This document shows positions 52,321 through 61,748 of a stretch of DNA of 64,000 nt, in pieces. Below the pieces are notes generated by a model. That model did no database searches. It was not told the origin of the DNA and saw only the letters and a list, made by a program, of their open reading frames with translations. The first letter of the stretch is position 1. The number at the start of each line of letters is the position of its first letter. Both the position numbers and the translations under genes were made by a program. Origin of the DNA: an uncultured Acidobacteriota bacterium (lineage in GTDB: Bacteria > Acidobacteriota > Vicinamibacteria > Vicinamibacterales > CAVVIG01). Location: the NCBI GenBank assembly GCA_963720005.1, contig CAVREM010000042.1, positions 307,918 to 371,917 on the forward strand, in the 5' to 3' direction.

Positions 52321-52780
52321 CTACTTTTTGCGCCGGGCTCGCAGGGCGTTCAACACCCGGTCGCCGTCGAAGCCCTGGTTGAGCAGGTAGCGGTAGAGGC
52401 GCTGGAATTCCTTGTCGTCCTCGATGCGGTCGCGGCCCAGCATGCGCCGCGTGAGCGCCGCATCGAGCATCGCGTCGGCGTCGAGCTCGCCGAAGACGTC
52501 GTCGACCGCCTTGCGCGCCGTCGTCCCGGAGATGCCGGCGCGTTCGATCTGCATGCGGACGCGCAGCTTGCCGCGGCGCCGGGTCGACGTTTCGGCCCGC
52601 GCGATCGTTTCCGCGACGCGCGCATCGTCGATCGCCGCGCTCCTCCTTCAGCCGGGCGATCGCGGCGTCAATGTCCGATGGCGTATGGCCCTTGCGGGCC
52701 AGCCGCTGGCGGACCTGCGCCTCGGACAACTCGCGGCCGGCGGCGAGCTTCAAGCCGTCGACGTAGGCGTCAGAACCCAT
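52321..52780 (-). CDS. recX: Recombination regulator RecX (frame broken at about 52640)
   Basis: The N-terminus MGSDAYVDGLKLAAGRELSEAQVRQRLARKGHTPSDIDAAIARLKEE is in one frame. The C-terminus ...RMQIERAGISGTTARKAVDDVF...FQRLYRYLLNQGFDGDRVLNALR is in a second frame. Confidence 0.75.
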
Positions 52781-53007
52781 GCGTCGGCATTATACGGAGG
52801 GTGGAGTTCACTGACTCGCTGAAGCCGACTGCCAGTTGACCACGACGGTCAAAGGTGTCTGCGATGGACAGGGTCCAGATGCTCCATGACGAGGAACGCC
52901 GTGTCACCGTCTTCGCCGACGTCGTAAAGCGTGCAAATGTAAGGGTGGGCGCCGAGGTCGGCGATGACTTCGAACGCACCGAGACGGGCGCCGGACGGAA
53001 GCGGCAT
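52770..53007 (-). pseudogene. Remnant of a Ser/Thr protein kinase N-lobe
   Basis: My translation from ATG 53007 gives MPLPSGARLGAFEVIADLGAHPYICTLYDVGEDGDTAFLVMEHLDP.... The Gly-loop/VAIK region is missing and the ORF stops after about 52 codons. The next frame gives LSIADTFDRRGQL. Confidence 0.5.
52789..52794 (-). promoter_or_regulatory. TATAAT box 8 nt upstream of the recX ATG (leaderless-type)
   Basis: The minus strand reads ccgTATAATgccgacgcATG. There is no Shine-Dalgarno. Confidence 0.4.
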
Positions 53008-53101
53008 CAGCTAAGTAAGGGATGAGGCATATGGAATTATACGGGCTTTCCCGGAGGCAGACCCGCGTCCGCGCGCACGGCGCGTGCTTGACGCCCGGAT
53101 C

Positions 53102-53688
53102 ATGACGATGGCATCGTCGTCCCGAAGATGGATGAGTGAGCGGCTGACCGGTCTACGGTTACTTGTCGGGCCGGGAAGACGTCGCTTCGTCGACCGAGCT
53201 CGTGTGGGGGCGGGTCCGCGAGCCGGCGGCGCCTCGATACGGCCATCAGTCGGTCGTGACCCGGATGATTGTGCTGCTTCGATCAACACGTCGGAGACAG
53301 GCCGCGTCGGCCGTGTCTGCGTGTCCCCGATGGATGTTGTCCTCGACGCCCGCAGGGCGCTAATCGTGCAGCCCGACATCGTCTTCGTCTCGCATCGCTG
53401 CGCCTGCGATCATTCGTGAACAGATCTGGGGCGCGCCCAGACCTGGTCGTCGAAGTGTTGTCGAGCAGGACGCGGCGCCGAGATCGGACGAGCAAGTGCG
53501 TTGGTACCGGCGGTACAGGCGTCGCGTGAATACTGGCTGATTGATCCCGTACATGAAGACGGTAACCGTCGTCAGTCTTTCGAGCCGCATCAGGCCCGCG
53601 TTCGCCGCCGAGTCTTCCGGGGCAACCGTGCCGTTGAGTCGACCGTGCTTCCCGCCTTCGACGCCTCGCGTCGGCGTTCTTCGACTAG
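53102..53688 (+). pseudogene. Uma2 (DUF820) family endonuclease, heavily frame-broken (4 or more)
   Basis: Pieces lie in all three frames: TELVWGRVREPAAPRYGHQSVVTRMIVLL, RVCVSPMDVVLDARRALIVQPDIVFVS, PDLVVEVLSSRTRRRDRTSK and REYWLIDPV. Confidence 0.6.
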
Positions 53689-54839
53689 CGGCTGAATCGC
53701 GTGATCTCGGGCGCGCCGCCGCCGACCACGGTCTTGGCCATCTGCTCGCGGCTGATGTCGGCGGTCGTCGAGATACCCTGCACCTTCAACTTGAACTCGT
53801 CGACGTTCGACGCCCACCGCAGCGCCTCTTCGTACGCCACCAGCTGCTGCTGGAACAGGCCGAAGATCGACTGATCGAAGGTCTGCATCCCGTACTGCGA
53901 GGTCCCGGCGCCGATCGCGCCCGGAATCAGGTGCGTCTTCTCCTTGTCGACGATGCAGTCGCGGATAAAGGGCGTGCTGATCATCACCTCGACCGCCGGC
54001 GCCCGGCCCCGGCCGTCGAGCGCGGGGAATCAGCCGCTGCGAGATCACGGCCTTGAGGACGCTCGCCAGCTGCAGGCGGACCTGCTTCTGCTGGTGCGGC
54101 GGAAAGACCGCGATGATGCGGTTGATCGTCTCGGTCGCGTCGAGGGTGTGGAGCGTCGAGAAGACGAGGTGACCGGTCTCGGCGGCGAGGAGCGCCGTCT
54201 CGATCGTCTCGAAGTCGCGCATCTCGCCGACCAGGATCACGTCGGGATCCTGCCGCAGCGCGCTGCGCAGCGCCTGCGCGAACGACCGCGTGTCGACCGA
54301 GACCTCGCGCTGGTTGATGAGCGACAGCTGGTCCCGGTGCAGGAACTCAATCGGGTCCTCGACCGTCATCACGTGGGCGGTGCGGGTCCGGTTGATGTGA
54401 TCGATCATCGCGGCGAGCGTCGTGCTCTTGCCGCTGCCGGTCGTCCCGGTGACCAGGACGAGGCCGCGCTCTTCGGTCCGCGATCTTCTTGAGCACCGGC
54501 GGAAGGCCGAGCTCCTCGATGGTGCGAATCTGCATCGGGATCACGCGGAGCACCAGGCCGACCGTGCCGCGCTGCTGGAAGATGTTGCAGCGGAACCGGC
54601 CGAGCCCGGGCACGCTGTAGGCGAGGTCGACCTCCTGCGCTTCCTTGAACTTCTGGCGCTGGGCCGTGGACATCACCGCCGCGCTGATCGCGACGACGTC
54701 CTCGTGGTCGAGCCGCTTGTCTTCGGACGCCGCGGCAGAGCTGGCCGCGGACGCGCATCATCGGGTAGCTGCCGACCTTGATATGGAGGTCGGAGGCGCC
54801 GTTGTCGACGGCGATCTTCAGGAGATCGTTGACATGCAT
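53685..54839 (-). CDS. pilT: Type IV pilus retraction ATPase PilT (3 frame breaks: about 54745, 54480, 54010)
   Basis: [34 protein letters not shown] begins the protein. It also has the Walker A motif [20 protein letters not shown], then [31 protein letters not shown] and the C-terminal [13 protein letters not shown]. Confidence 0.85.
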
Positions 54840-54853
54840 GGGTGATCTTCAGC

Positions 54854-54948
54854 GGGACTCGGTGCTCGTGGCTCGGTGCTCGGGAAGGCCCGGGTCGTGT
54901 CCCGAGTCCCGAGTCGCGAGTCCCGAGCACCGAGCCTCGAGCCCCGAG
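54854..54948. repeat. Palindromic element built from CTCGGTG/CGAGTCC words
   Basis: The left arm gggactcggtgctcgtggctcggtgctcggga pairs with tcccgagcaccgagcc (16-bp perfect match) inside cccgagtcccgagtcgcgagtcccgagcaccgagcctcgagccccgag. Confidence 0.8.
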
Positions 54949-54965
54949 TTTTACCAGTTTATCGG

Positions 54966-55936
54966 CTACTGCGCCTCGCCGCAGAAGGGGCAGCGGTCGG
55001 ACCGGGCATGCAGCGGCTTGCGGCAGTGCCAGCAGAAGCGCGGCTGAGGTGTTTCGCGGGCCTTCAGGCGCGACTGGATGTCAACGACCTCGTCATGCGA
55101 CACCTCGGCGGGCGGCGGCGTCCGCGGGCGGCGCACCGAGGCGCGGAGCGCCAGCACGTCGTCGAGCAGGTCGCTCGCGCGCTGATACCGCGCCGGGATG
55201 TCGGCCGCCATCGCCTTCATCACGACGTTGCTGATCGCCTTGGGAATCTTCGGGTTCTTCAATCGCGGCGAGGTGACGCAGCTCGCCGCGTTTCAAGCCG
55301 ATCGAGATCGGCGGGAGTCGGCGTGTCGTAGGGCATCGTGCCCGTCAGCATCTGGTACATCGTGACGCCGATCGAGTAGATGTCGCTCGCGAACACCGCC
55401 TTGCCCTGGAACTGTTCAGGCGCCATGTACTGCGGGCTGCCGATGACGGTCGTGCCGTGCGCGGCGATCTCGAGAAAACGCGACGTGCCGAAGTCCGCCA
55501 CCTTCACCATGCCGTTGTCGGTCACCATCACGTTCGAGGGCCGCAGGTCGCGGTGCAGGACGCCGTGGCGGTGGGCGTGGTCGACGGCGTTGCAGATCTG
55601 GCAGGTGAAGTCGAGCGCCTGCGGCAGATCGAGCGCGCCGTCGCGCGCGATGATCGATTCGAGCGTCTCGCCCGGCACGAACTCCATGACGATGAAGAAG
55701 ACGTTCTGCTGCTTTTCGGCCGTGACGATCGTGACGATGTTCGGATGGTTCAGGCTGGCGAGCAGGCGAGGCTCGCGCAGCAGCTCGCCGAAATCGAGGT
55801 TCTGCTTGTGCGGGACCTTGAGCGCGACTTTCTTGTCGATCCAGGTGTCTTCCGCGAGGTAGACCGTGCCGAAGCCGCCGCTGCCAAGTGTCGAGAAGAT
55901 CTTGTATTTGCCGACGATCTGCCCACGGAAAAACAC
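54966..55936 (-). CDS. Ser/Thr protein kinase with C-terminal zinc-ribbon (frame broken at about 55280)
   Basis: GTG 55936 gives VFFRGQIVGKYKIFSTLGSGGFGTVYLAEDTWIDKKVALKV...HRHGVLHRDLRPSNVMV...VADFGTSR...GSPQYMAPE. The C-terminal piece reads ...ARYQRASDLLDD...CWHCRKPLHARSDRCPFCGEAQ. Confidence 0.8.
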
Positions 55937-55957
55937 GCGGCAGTATACAATGGCAGT

Positions 55958-57057
55958 GTGATCACCAATGTCACGCGGCCATCGATGCCGACCGAGCCGC
56001 TCGTCGCGCGCAAGCTCGAATTCGGCAAGATGTTCACGCCGAACTTTTTCGTCGCGGAGTATCGCAGCGGCGAATGGCGCAACCCGAGAATCCAGCCGCT
56101 CGAGCCGTTCTCGCTCCATCCGGCGTCGATGGTCTTCCACTACTGCCAGACGATCTTCGAGGGGCTGAAGGCCTACCGGCACGACAACGGGCGGATCGTC
56201 CTGTTCCGGCCGGAGCTGAACGCCGCGCGCTTCCGTCGCTCGGCCGAGCGGATGCGCATGCCCGACGTGAGCGACGCATTCTTTCTCGAAGCCGTTCAGG
56301 CGCTGGTCGAGAACGAGCGGCACTTCGTGCCGGCGGCGCCCGGCTGTCTCTACATCCGTCCGGTGCTGATGGGCGTCGACGCCGCGCTGGGCGTCAAGAG
56401 CTCGAACGATTTCATCTTCTTCATCATGACGCTGCCGTCGGGCCCGTACTTCAAGGACGCCGGCGAAGGTCCCGGGTCGATCAACGTGATGGTCACGCAA
56501 GTCGACCGTGCGCTCGGCGCCGGGGCTGATGGGCAGCGTCAAGGCCGGCGCGAACTACGCAGGGACGCTGAAGGTCGACCGAGGACGCGAAGGCGCTCGG
56601 CTGCGCGCAGGTGCTGTTCCTCGACGCGCGGGAGCACAAGTACCTGGAGGAACTGGGCGGCATGAACATCATGTTCGTGCAGGGCAACACGCTCCGGACG
56701 CCGCCGCTCGGCGACACCATCCTGAACGGCGTGACGCGGGCGTCGCTCGTCGAGATCGCGCGCGATCTCGGCATGGAGACCAGCGAAGCGCCGATCGCGA
56801 TCGACGAGATCGTCGCCGGCGTGAAGGACGGCACGATCACCGATGCGATGGCCTGCGGCACCGCCGCCGTCGTCATCGGCATCAAGCGGCTGGTGTTCGA
56901 TGACGGCTCGTCGCTCGAGCTGCCCGGCGCCGTCCCCGCGGCTGCCACGACGAAGCTCTACAACGCGCTCGTCGACATCCAGTACGGCCGCGCCGCCGAC
57001 CGGCACGGCTGGGTGCGCGAGGTTTGCCGCGTCGAGACTTCAGCGACGTCGAAGTAG
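55958..57057 (+). CDS. ilvE: Branched-chain amino acid aminotransferase (frame broken at about 56505 and about 56570)
   Basis: LHPASMVFHYCQTIFEGLKAYRHDNGRIVLFRPELNAARFRRSAERMRMP, PGLMGSVKAGANYAG and AKALGCAQVLFLDAREHKYLEELGGMNIMFV are present. The start is GTG 55958 or ATG 55985. Confidence 0.85.
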
Positions 57058-57094
57058 CCGCGGTCCGGACAGGCCGCGGCTGCGAGTCGCCATT

Positions 57095-57136
57095 CTGAGA
57101 CTCTGACAGACTCTGAAGATCTGAGATTTCAGACTC
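57095..57136. repeat. AGACTCTG/AGATCTG-word tandem between convergent genes
   Basis: The sequence is ctgagactctgacagactctgaagatctgagatttcagactc. Confidence 0.6.
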
Positions 57137-58280
57137 TTACTTCTTAATCCACTTCTGAACGCAGCCGCCCGACTTGCTGGTGCCGCAGCCGCCGGTCAGT
57201 CCCGCGAAGATGTTGCCCGCATCGTCGGCGGCCATCCCCTCGGGATTGGTGCCTTCGATGAATTGATGCAGCGAGCCGTCGCGGGCGCTGCCGATGCGAA
57301 TCCCTTGTTTCCAGCCCACGTTGCGGAACTGCGGGCCGGGGCCGCCCTCGAACGACGCGGCCGGGCCGGCGAGGCGGATGCCCGACTCGGAATCGGCGAC
57401 GATCATCGTGTCGTCCTTCAGGATGGTGATGCCGCTCGGCCGCCCGAACTGCTTCCATGAATCCAGATAGTTCATGTCCTTGTCGAAGATCTGGATCCGG
57501 TTGTTCGAGCGGTCGGCGACGAACAGCCGGCCGCGGGAATCGACGGCCAGCGCGTGCGGCCCCATGAACTCGCCGGCGCCGCGTCCGAGCTTGCCGTAGG
57601 CGGCGACGAACTTGCCGCTGGTCGTGTAGCGCACGAGCCGATCGCCGTCCTGCTGCGCGGTCGACGGCCGCGGCCAGTGGCCGTCGCCGATGATCACGTC
57701 CCCATTCGGCAGGATCGCGCACGACGTGGGGCCGACGAAGGTGTCCTGCCCGGCCTGCGACACGCCCAGCTTGCCAAGCGTCAGCAGCAGCTTCCCTTCG
57801 GGACTGAATTTGTAAACCACGAAGCCCTTGCCGGCCGCGCCGGCGACGTCGCCGAACGGCCCGCTGTCGCCCGCCCAGATGTTGCCGTCGCGGTCGCGGC
57901 ACATGCCGTGGCCCGACACGAACATGCCGTTGCCGAAGCTCTGGGCGATCTTGCCCGACGGGTCGAAGTAAACAATCGGCGGCTCGGTCCGGAGGAGCGC
58001 CCAGGTGCCGCCCTTCTGGTCGGGCAGGAAGTTGATCGCCGGCCCCCACTTCATGCCGGGGTTCAGCGTCGGCCAGTTCTCGATCATCCGGTACGGGATT
58101 GCTCATCAGGTTCTGTCCCGGGTCCTGGCGCGCGCCGCCGCCCGGGCCGGATCCAGTGAACGGTCCACCGTCCGGCGGCGGAGGCGCCGGCGGCTGCTGC
58201 TGCGCCGAGACGAGCGTCCACGAGGCGATGAGCGCGACAATCCCAATCACGGGCCACGTTTTGAGGCTGAACGAGCGCAT
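57137..58280 (-). CDS. Secreted NHL-repeat / six-bladed beta-propeller protein (frame broken at about 58090)
   Basis: ATG 58280 follows GGAGGA and gives the signal peptide MRSFSLKTWPVIGIVALIASWTLVSA. Repeated motifs such as GPHALAVDSRGRLFVADRSNNRIQIF and PEGMAADDAGNIFAG are present. Confidence 0.75.
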
Positions 58281-58292
58281 AAGAACTCCTCC

Positions 58293-58326
58293 GGGTAGGG
58301 CCGACCTTTTCAGGGTCGCCGCCGGC
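58293..58326. repeat. REP-like hairpin, near-copy of 17224-17252
   Basis: The sequence is gggtagggccgaccttttcagggtcgccgccggc. Confidence 0.55.
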
Positions 58327-58344
58327 GCAGTGTAGCGCGAGATC

Positions 58345-58440
58345 GGCGACCTCGCAGCACTCAGCACTCGGCAGCCCGCAGCTGGCACTCGGCAGTCGCC
58401 AGCACCCAGCACCGAGACCCGCAGTCACCCAGCACCCGGC
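58345..58440. repeat. Degenerate direct CAGCACY/CGGCAGY word run (no complementary arm)
   Basis: The sequence is cagcactcagcactcggcagcccgcagctggcactcggcagtcgccagcacccagcaccgagacccgcagtcacccagcacccggc. Confidence 0.6.
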
Positions 58441-58446
58441 ACGCCC

Positions 58447-58452
58447 TATAAT
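58447..58452 (+). promoter_or_regulatory. TATAAT box 8 nt upstream of the rsmE GTG (leaderless-type)
   Basis: The sequence reads cccTATAATtcgcccccGTG. There is no Shine-Dalgarno. Confidence 0.45.
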
Positions 58453-58460
58453 TCGCCCCC

Positions 58461-59205
58461 GTGCACCGTTTCTTCGCGCCATCCCTGGACGCCGGGGACG
58501 AGACCGTTGCGCTCCCGCGTGACGAGGCAGAGCACCTCACTCGAGTGCTGCGCATCGCCGCCGGAGACGAAGTCGCCGTCTTCGACGGGCGCGGTCACGA
58601 ATACCTGGCCCGGGTCATTGGCGCGGTCCGCCGCGATGTCCGCCTGCAGATTCTGTCGCGCATCGAGCCGGCCGCTGAACTGCCGGTGGCGGTGACGCTC
58701 GTGCAAGCCATTCTGAAGGGCGACAAGATGGACGACGTGGTCCGCGACGCGGTGATGCTCGGCGTGGCGGCCATACAGCCGGTCGTGACACGCCGCACGG
58801 AATTGACCATCGCCGCCCTCCTCCGCGGCGCGCGCCCCGACCGGTGGCGCAGGGTGGCGCTGGCCTCGGTGAAACAATCGCGGCGCGCCGTGCTGCCCGA
58901 GATTCGTACGCCGCTGACTTTTGAAACGTACCTCGACGAGCCGCCTGCCACGATGCGGCTGATGCTGGTCGAGCCGGGGGTCGACGTCGACACGGAATCG
59001 CTGGGGGTGCTTCGCGGTGTGCGAGCGCCGCATGATGCCTCCGTCATCGTCGGCCCGGAAGGCGGTTGGGACCAACGGGAGTGGGCGGCGGCGCAGGCTC
59101 GCGGCGTGCAGCTGATCTCGCTCGGGCCATCGCACGCTCCGCGCCGACGCCGTGCCGATCGCGGCGCTCAGCGTCCTGAATTTCTTGTGGGACAGCGCGT
59201 GCTAG
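58461..59205 (+). CDS. rsmE: 16S rRNA (uracil1498-N3)-methyltransferase RsmE (frame broken at about 59125)
   Basis: MHRFFAPSLDAGDETVALPRDEAEHLTRVLR... and VIVGPEGGW are present. The true C-terminus RTLRADAVPIAALSVLNFLWDSAC* is in a shifted frame and ends at 59205. Confidence 0.8.
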
Positions 59206-59209
59206 ACTG

Positions 59210-59280
59210 GAATTTAAGATTTCAGATTTCAGATTTAAGATTGGCGAGGATCTGGCGGGCAGCCTGACCCCGGCCAAATC
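59210..59280. repeat. AT-rich AGATTTM-word element, copy C (left arm + core only)
   Basis: The arm gaatttaagatttcagatttcagatttaagattgg is followed by the core cgaggatctggcgggcagcctgaccccggccaaatc. The complementary arm is absent. Confidence 0.8.
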
Positions 59281-59329
59281 CGACCGCCAGCAGTAGACCA
59301 CCGGTCGACGAGACACGAGGAAGAAATCT

Positions 59330-60424
59330 ATGTCACGCGTGCCGTCCGTCCTGTGGAATTCACTCGCGGCCATCCTGTTCGGCGCCGCACTTGCCGCGCA
59401 GTCGTCGCAGAGCGAGGTCGACGCCCGCATCGCGGCGGCGCGATCCGCCGCGGGGATGGACTTCCGCAATACGTTCCTTAATCTCTGTCTGCCGTCCGGT
59501 GGCGGTGGCGCTCGTCAGGGCGCCGGCGCGCCGGCCGCTGGGGCGAACCCGCCCGCTGCCGCGCGAGGTGCGGCCCTTGGAACAGGCGCGGCCGGACGCA
59601 GCGCTGGTGCGCAAGCGCCTGCGCGCGGCGGCGCGGGGCAGCCGCCGGACCGCGCGAACTGGTACGCACCGCCCTTCAAGATCTTCGACAACTTCTATTG
59701 GCTTGGGACCCGGCAGCATTCCTCCTGGGCGCTCCAGACGAGCGAGGGTCTGATCATCATCGACACGAACTTCGACTGGGCGACGCAGCCGGAGATCATC
59801 GACGGTCTTACGAAGCTCGGGATGAACCCTCGTGACATCAAGTACGTCGTCATCAGCCACGCGCACGGCGATCATGACCAGGGCGCGGCCGAACTGCAGA
59901 AGCGCTTCGGCGCCAAGGTGGTGATGGGCGAGGCGGATTGGGCATCGACGCTGCAGCGCCCAGCCACGGCTGCAGGTGGTGTGCCGACAAAGGACATCGC
60001 CGTCGGGCCCGACGTCTACAAGCTGACGCTGGGAGATACGAGCGTTCAGATCGTTCCGACGCCCGGCCACACAGCCGGCACGCTGTCGTACGTGTTCCCA
60101 GTGAAGGATCAGGGCCGGACCGTAATCGTCGCGTATTCGGGCGGGACGTTGACCGGAAACTTCGGCACGAACGGCGTGCGGTGGGACGAGTACATCGCGT
60201 CGCAGCGCAGGATCGCAAAAGTAGCCGCCGACGCGGGCGCCGCCGTGATTCTGTCCAATCACAGCGAATATGACGGCGCCTACACGAAAGCGCGCCTCAT
60301 CGCCGCCCCGCGTCAGGTCGGCGAAAACCACCCGTTCATCGTGGGCCCCGACGCCGTCCAGCGATACTTCACGGTGATGGCCGAATGCGCGACGGCGTCA
60401 AAAATGCGGGTGGGAGCGAAGTAA
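59330..60424 (+). CDS. Secreted metallo-beta-lactamase-fold hydrolase
   Basis: Intact ORF with a signal peptide, a Gly/Ala/Pro-rich linker, then LIIIDTNFDW...VVISHAHGDHDQGAAEL (HxHxDH) and PTPGHTAGT. Confidence 0.8.
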   Translation: MSRVPSVLWNSLAAILFGAALAAQSSQSEVDARIAAARSAAGMDFRNTFLNLCLPSGGGGARQGAGAPAAGANPPAAARGAALGTGAAGRSAGAQAPARGGAGQPPDRANWYAPPFKIFDNFYWLGTRQHSSWALQTSEGLIIIDTNFDWATQPEIIDGLTKLGMNPRDIKYVVISHAHGDHDQGAAELQKRFGAKVVMGEADWASTLQRPATAAGGVPTKDIAVGPDVYKLTLGDTSVQIVPTPGHTAGTLSYVFPVKDQGRTVIVAYSGGTLTGNFGTNGVRWDEYIASQRRIAKVAADAGAAVILSNHSEYDGAYTKARLIAAPRQVGENHPFIVGPDAVQRYFTVMAECATASKMRVGAK

Positions 60425-60438
60425 CAGGGGCACCCGAC

Positions 60439-61506
60439 CTACTTGGGCATCGGAAGAAACGCGATCCGGTCGCCACGCTGCGATCCCAGCCAGAGTTCGT
60501 TCCCAATCTGGATGCCCGTCGTGGACGTCACGAAGCCGTCGATGGCAGGATGCTGGAAGATTCGGCGGAACTCCAGCGTCTTCGGGTCGATCCGCGCCAC
60601 GTTGGACGTCTCGCGCAGCGGTTCGCGCGGTTCGACGATCGACCGTCCGTCCTTGTCCGTATGGCCTGCAGCAAAAAGGACCGAACCGTCGAGTGACAGC
60701 CGGACGTTATCCGGCCGGAATCCGAGTTTGATGACGTCCTTCTGAATCGGAGTCCGGCCACGCGACAGGCGCGTGAGCTTCTCTTCGGCCCATCCGGCGA
60801 TGTACAGCCACTGCCCATCCTTTGAGATCTCGACTCCGTTCGGTGCCGTGCCCTCGCTCCCCGGGACCAGGCTCCATCCTGTCGCCGGCAAATACTGCCT
60901 GATGTCGGCGCTGTTGCTCGTAGCGGCGAAACCCCCGTCCGGCAGCGCGACCACGCCGTTGAAGACCTGCTTCGGCGGCGCCGGCGCGCAGCCGACCCAC
61001 GTAAGGATCGGAGGTGCGGCTCCCGCGTTCAGTTCGAATACTTCAATCGATTCGCGCGTGCCGTGATGGACCACGTAGAGCGTGTGGACCGCACGTTCCC
61101 CCGGCTTGAGGTAGAGACCGTGCGCTCTGAACGCATCCGGCTTTTCGATATCGAGCGGACCAGGGCAGATGGGATAGGCCTTGCGGTCGAACCGCACGTT
61201 GGGCTTCGGCGTCGGAAACAGCACGGTGGCGGTCTTCTGTCGCACGCTGACGAGGTGCAGGCGGCCGCCTTCCCGGTTTCCCGAGGCAATCAGCCACTCC
61301 GTGCCTGGAACAATCGCGAGGTCTTCAGGACTGACGAGCGTGCAGATGAACTGGATCTCTCCGACCGGCGTGCAGGGCGCCGCACCGACGGTCGCGTAGC
61401 CGGGCGCTTGCCGGCTGGTTGCTGAAGGAGCCTGTCCACCGGCTTGCAACACTGTCGACACCAATGGCAATAGCACGAACAGAATCGACGAGAGTGCTTT
61501 CATCAA
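60439..61506 (-). CDS. Secreted beta-propeller protein (paraoxonase/SMP-30/arylesterase-like guess)
   Basis: Intact ORF with AGGAGG before ATG 61506 and the signal peptide MMKALSSILFVLLPLVSTVLQA. PNGVEISKDGQWLYIAGW is present. The family call is tentative. Confidence 0.5.
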   Translation of the reverse strand: MMKALSSILFVLLPLVSTVLQAGGQAPSATSRQAPGYATVGAAPCTPVGEIQFICTLVSPEDLAIVPGTEWLIASGNREGGRLHLVSVRQKTATVLFPTPKPNVRFDRKAYPICPGPLDIEKPDAFRAHGLYLKPGERAVHTLYVVHHGTRESIEVFELNAGAAPPILTWVGCAPAPPKQVFNGVVALPDGGFAATSNSADIRQYLPATGWSLVPGSEGTAPNGVEISKDGQWLYIAGWAEEKLTRLSRGRTPIQKDVIKLGFRPDNVRLSLDGSVLFAAGHTDKDGRSIVEPREPLRETSNVARIDPKTLEFRRIFQHPAIDGFVTSTTGIQIGNELWLGSQRGDRIAFLPMPK

Positions 61507-61574
61507 GTTACCAACCTCCTGCGGCTTGGTGTCCCGTATCGGAGATTCGGTGATCCGGGCTACAAGCTATCTCA

Positions 61575-61735
61575 AAACCAGCGAGCGAGCGAGCGAGCCA
61601 CCCACCTTCGCAGCGTAGCCGCCGCTGCTACGGTGGGCAGGCGCGAACGGCCTGTCCGCCGTAGCGTAGCGAAGCGGAAGCGCGCCGGCGCAGCGGCGCG
61701 CGAGAGAGCGTGTGGGGGAGTCCGAGGGGCGCTAG
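61575..61735. repeat. GC-rich dispersed repeat (related to 6121-6335)
   Basis: The sequence is cagcgagcgagcgagcgagccacccaccttcgcagcgtagccgccgctgctacggtggg...gcgaacgg...gcgcgccggcgcagcggcgcgcgagagagcgtgtggggg. Confidence 0.6.
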
Positions 61736-61743
61736 CCCCTCGG
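61722..61743 (-). terminator. Strong hairpin 5 nt after the cyclase stop codon (no U-tract)
   Basis: CCGAGGGGC-GCTA-GCCCCTCGG forms a 9-bp GC stem. Confidence 0.4.
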
Positions 61744-61748
61744 TAAGC

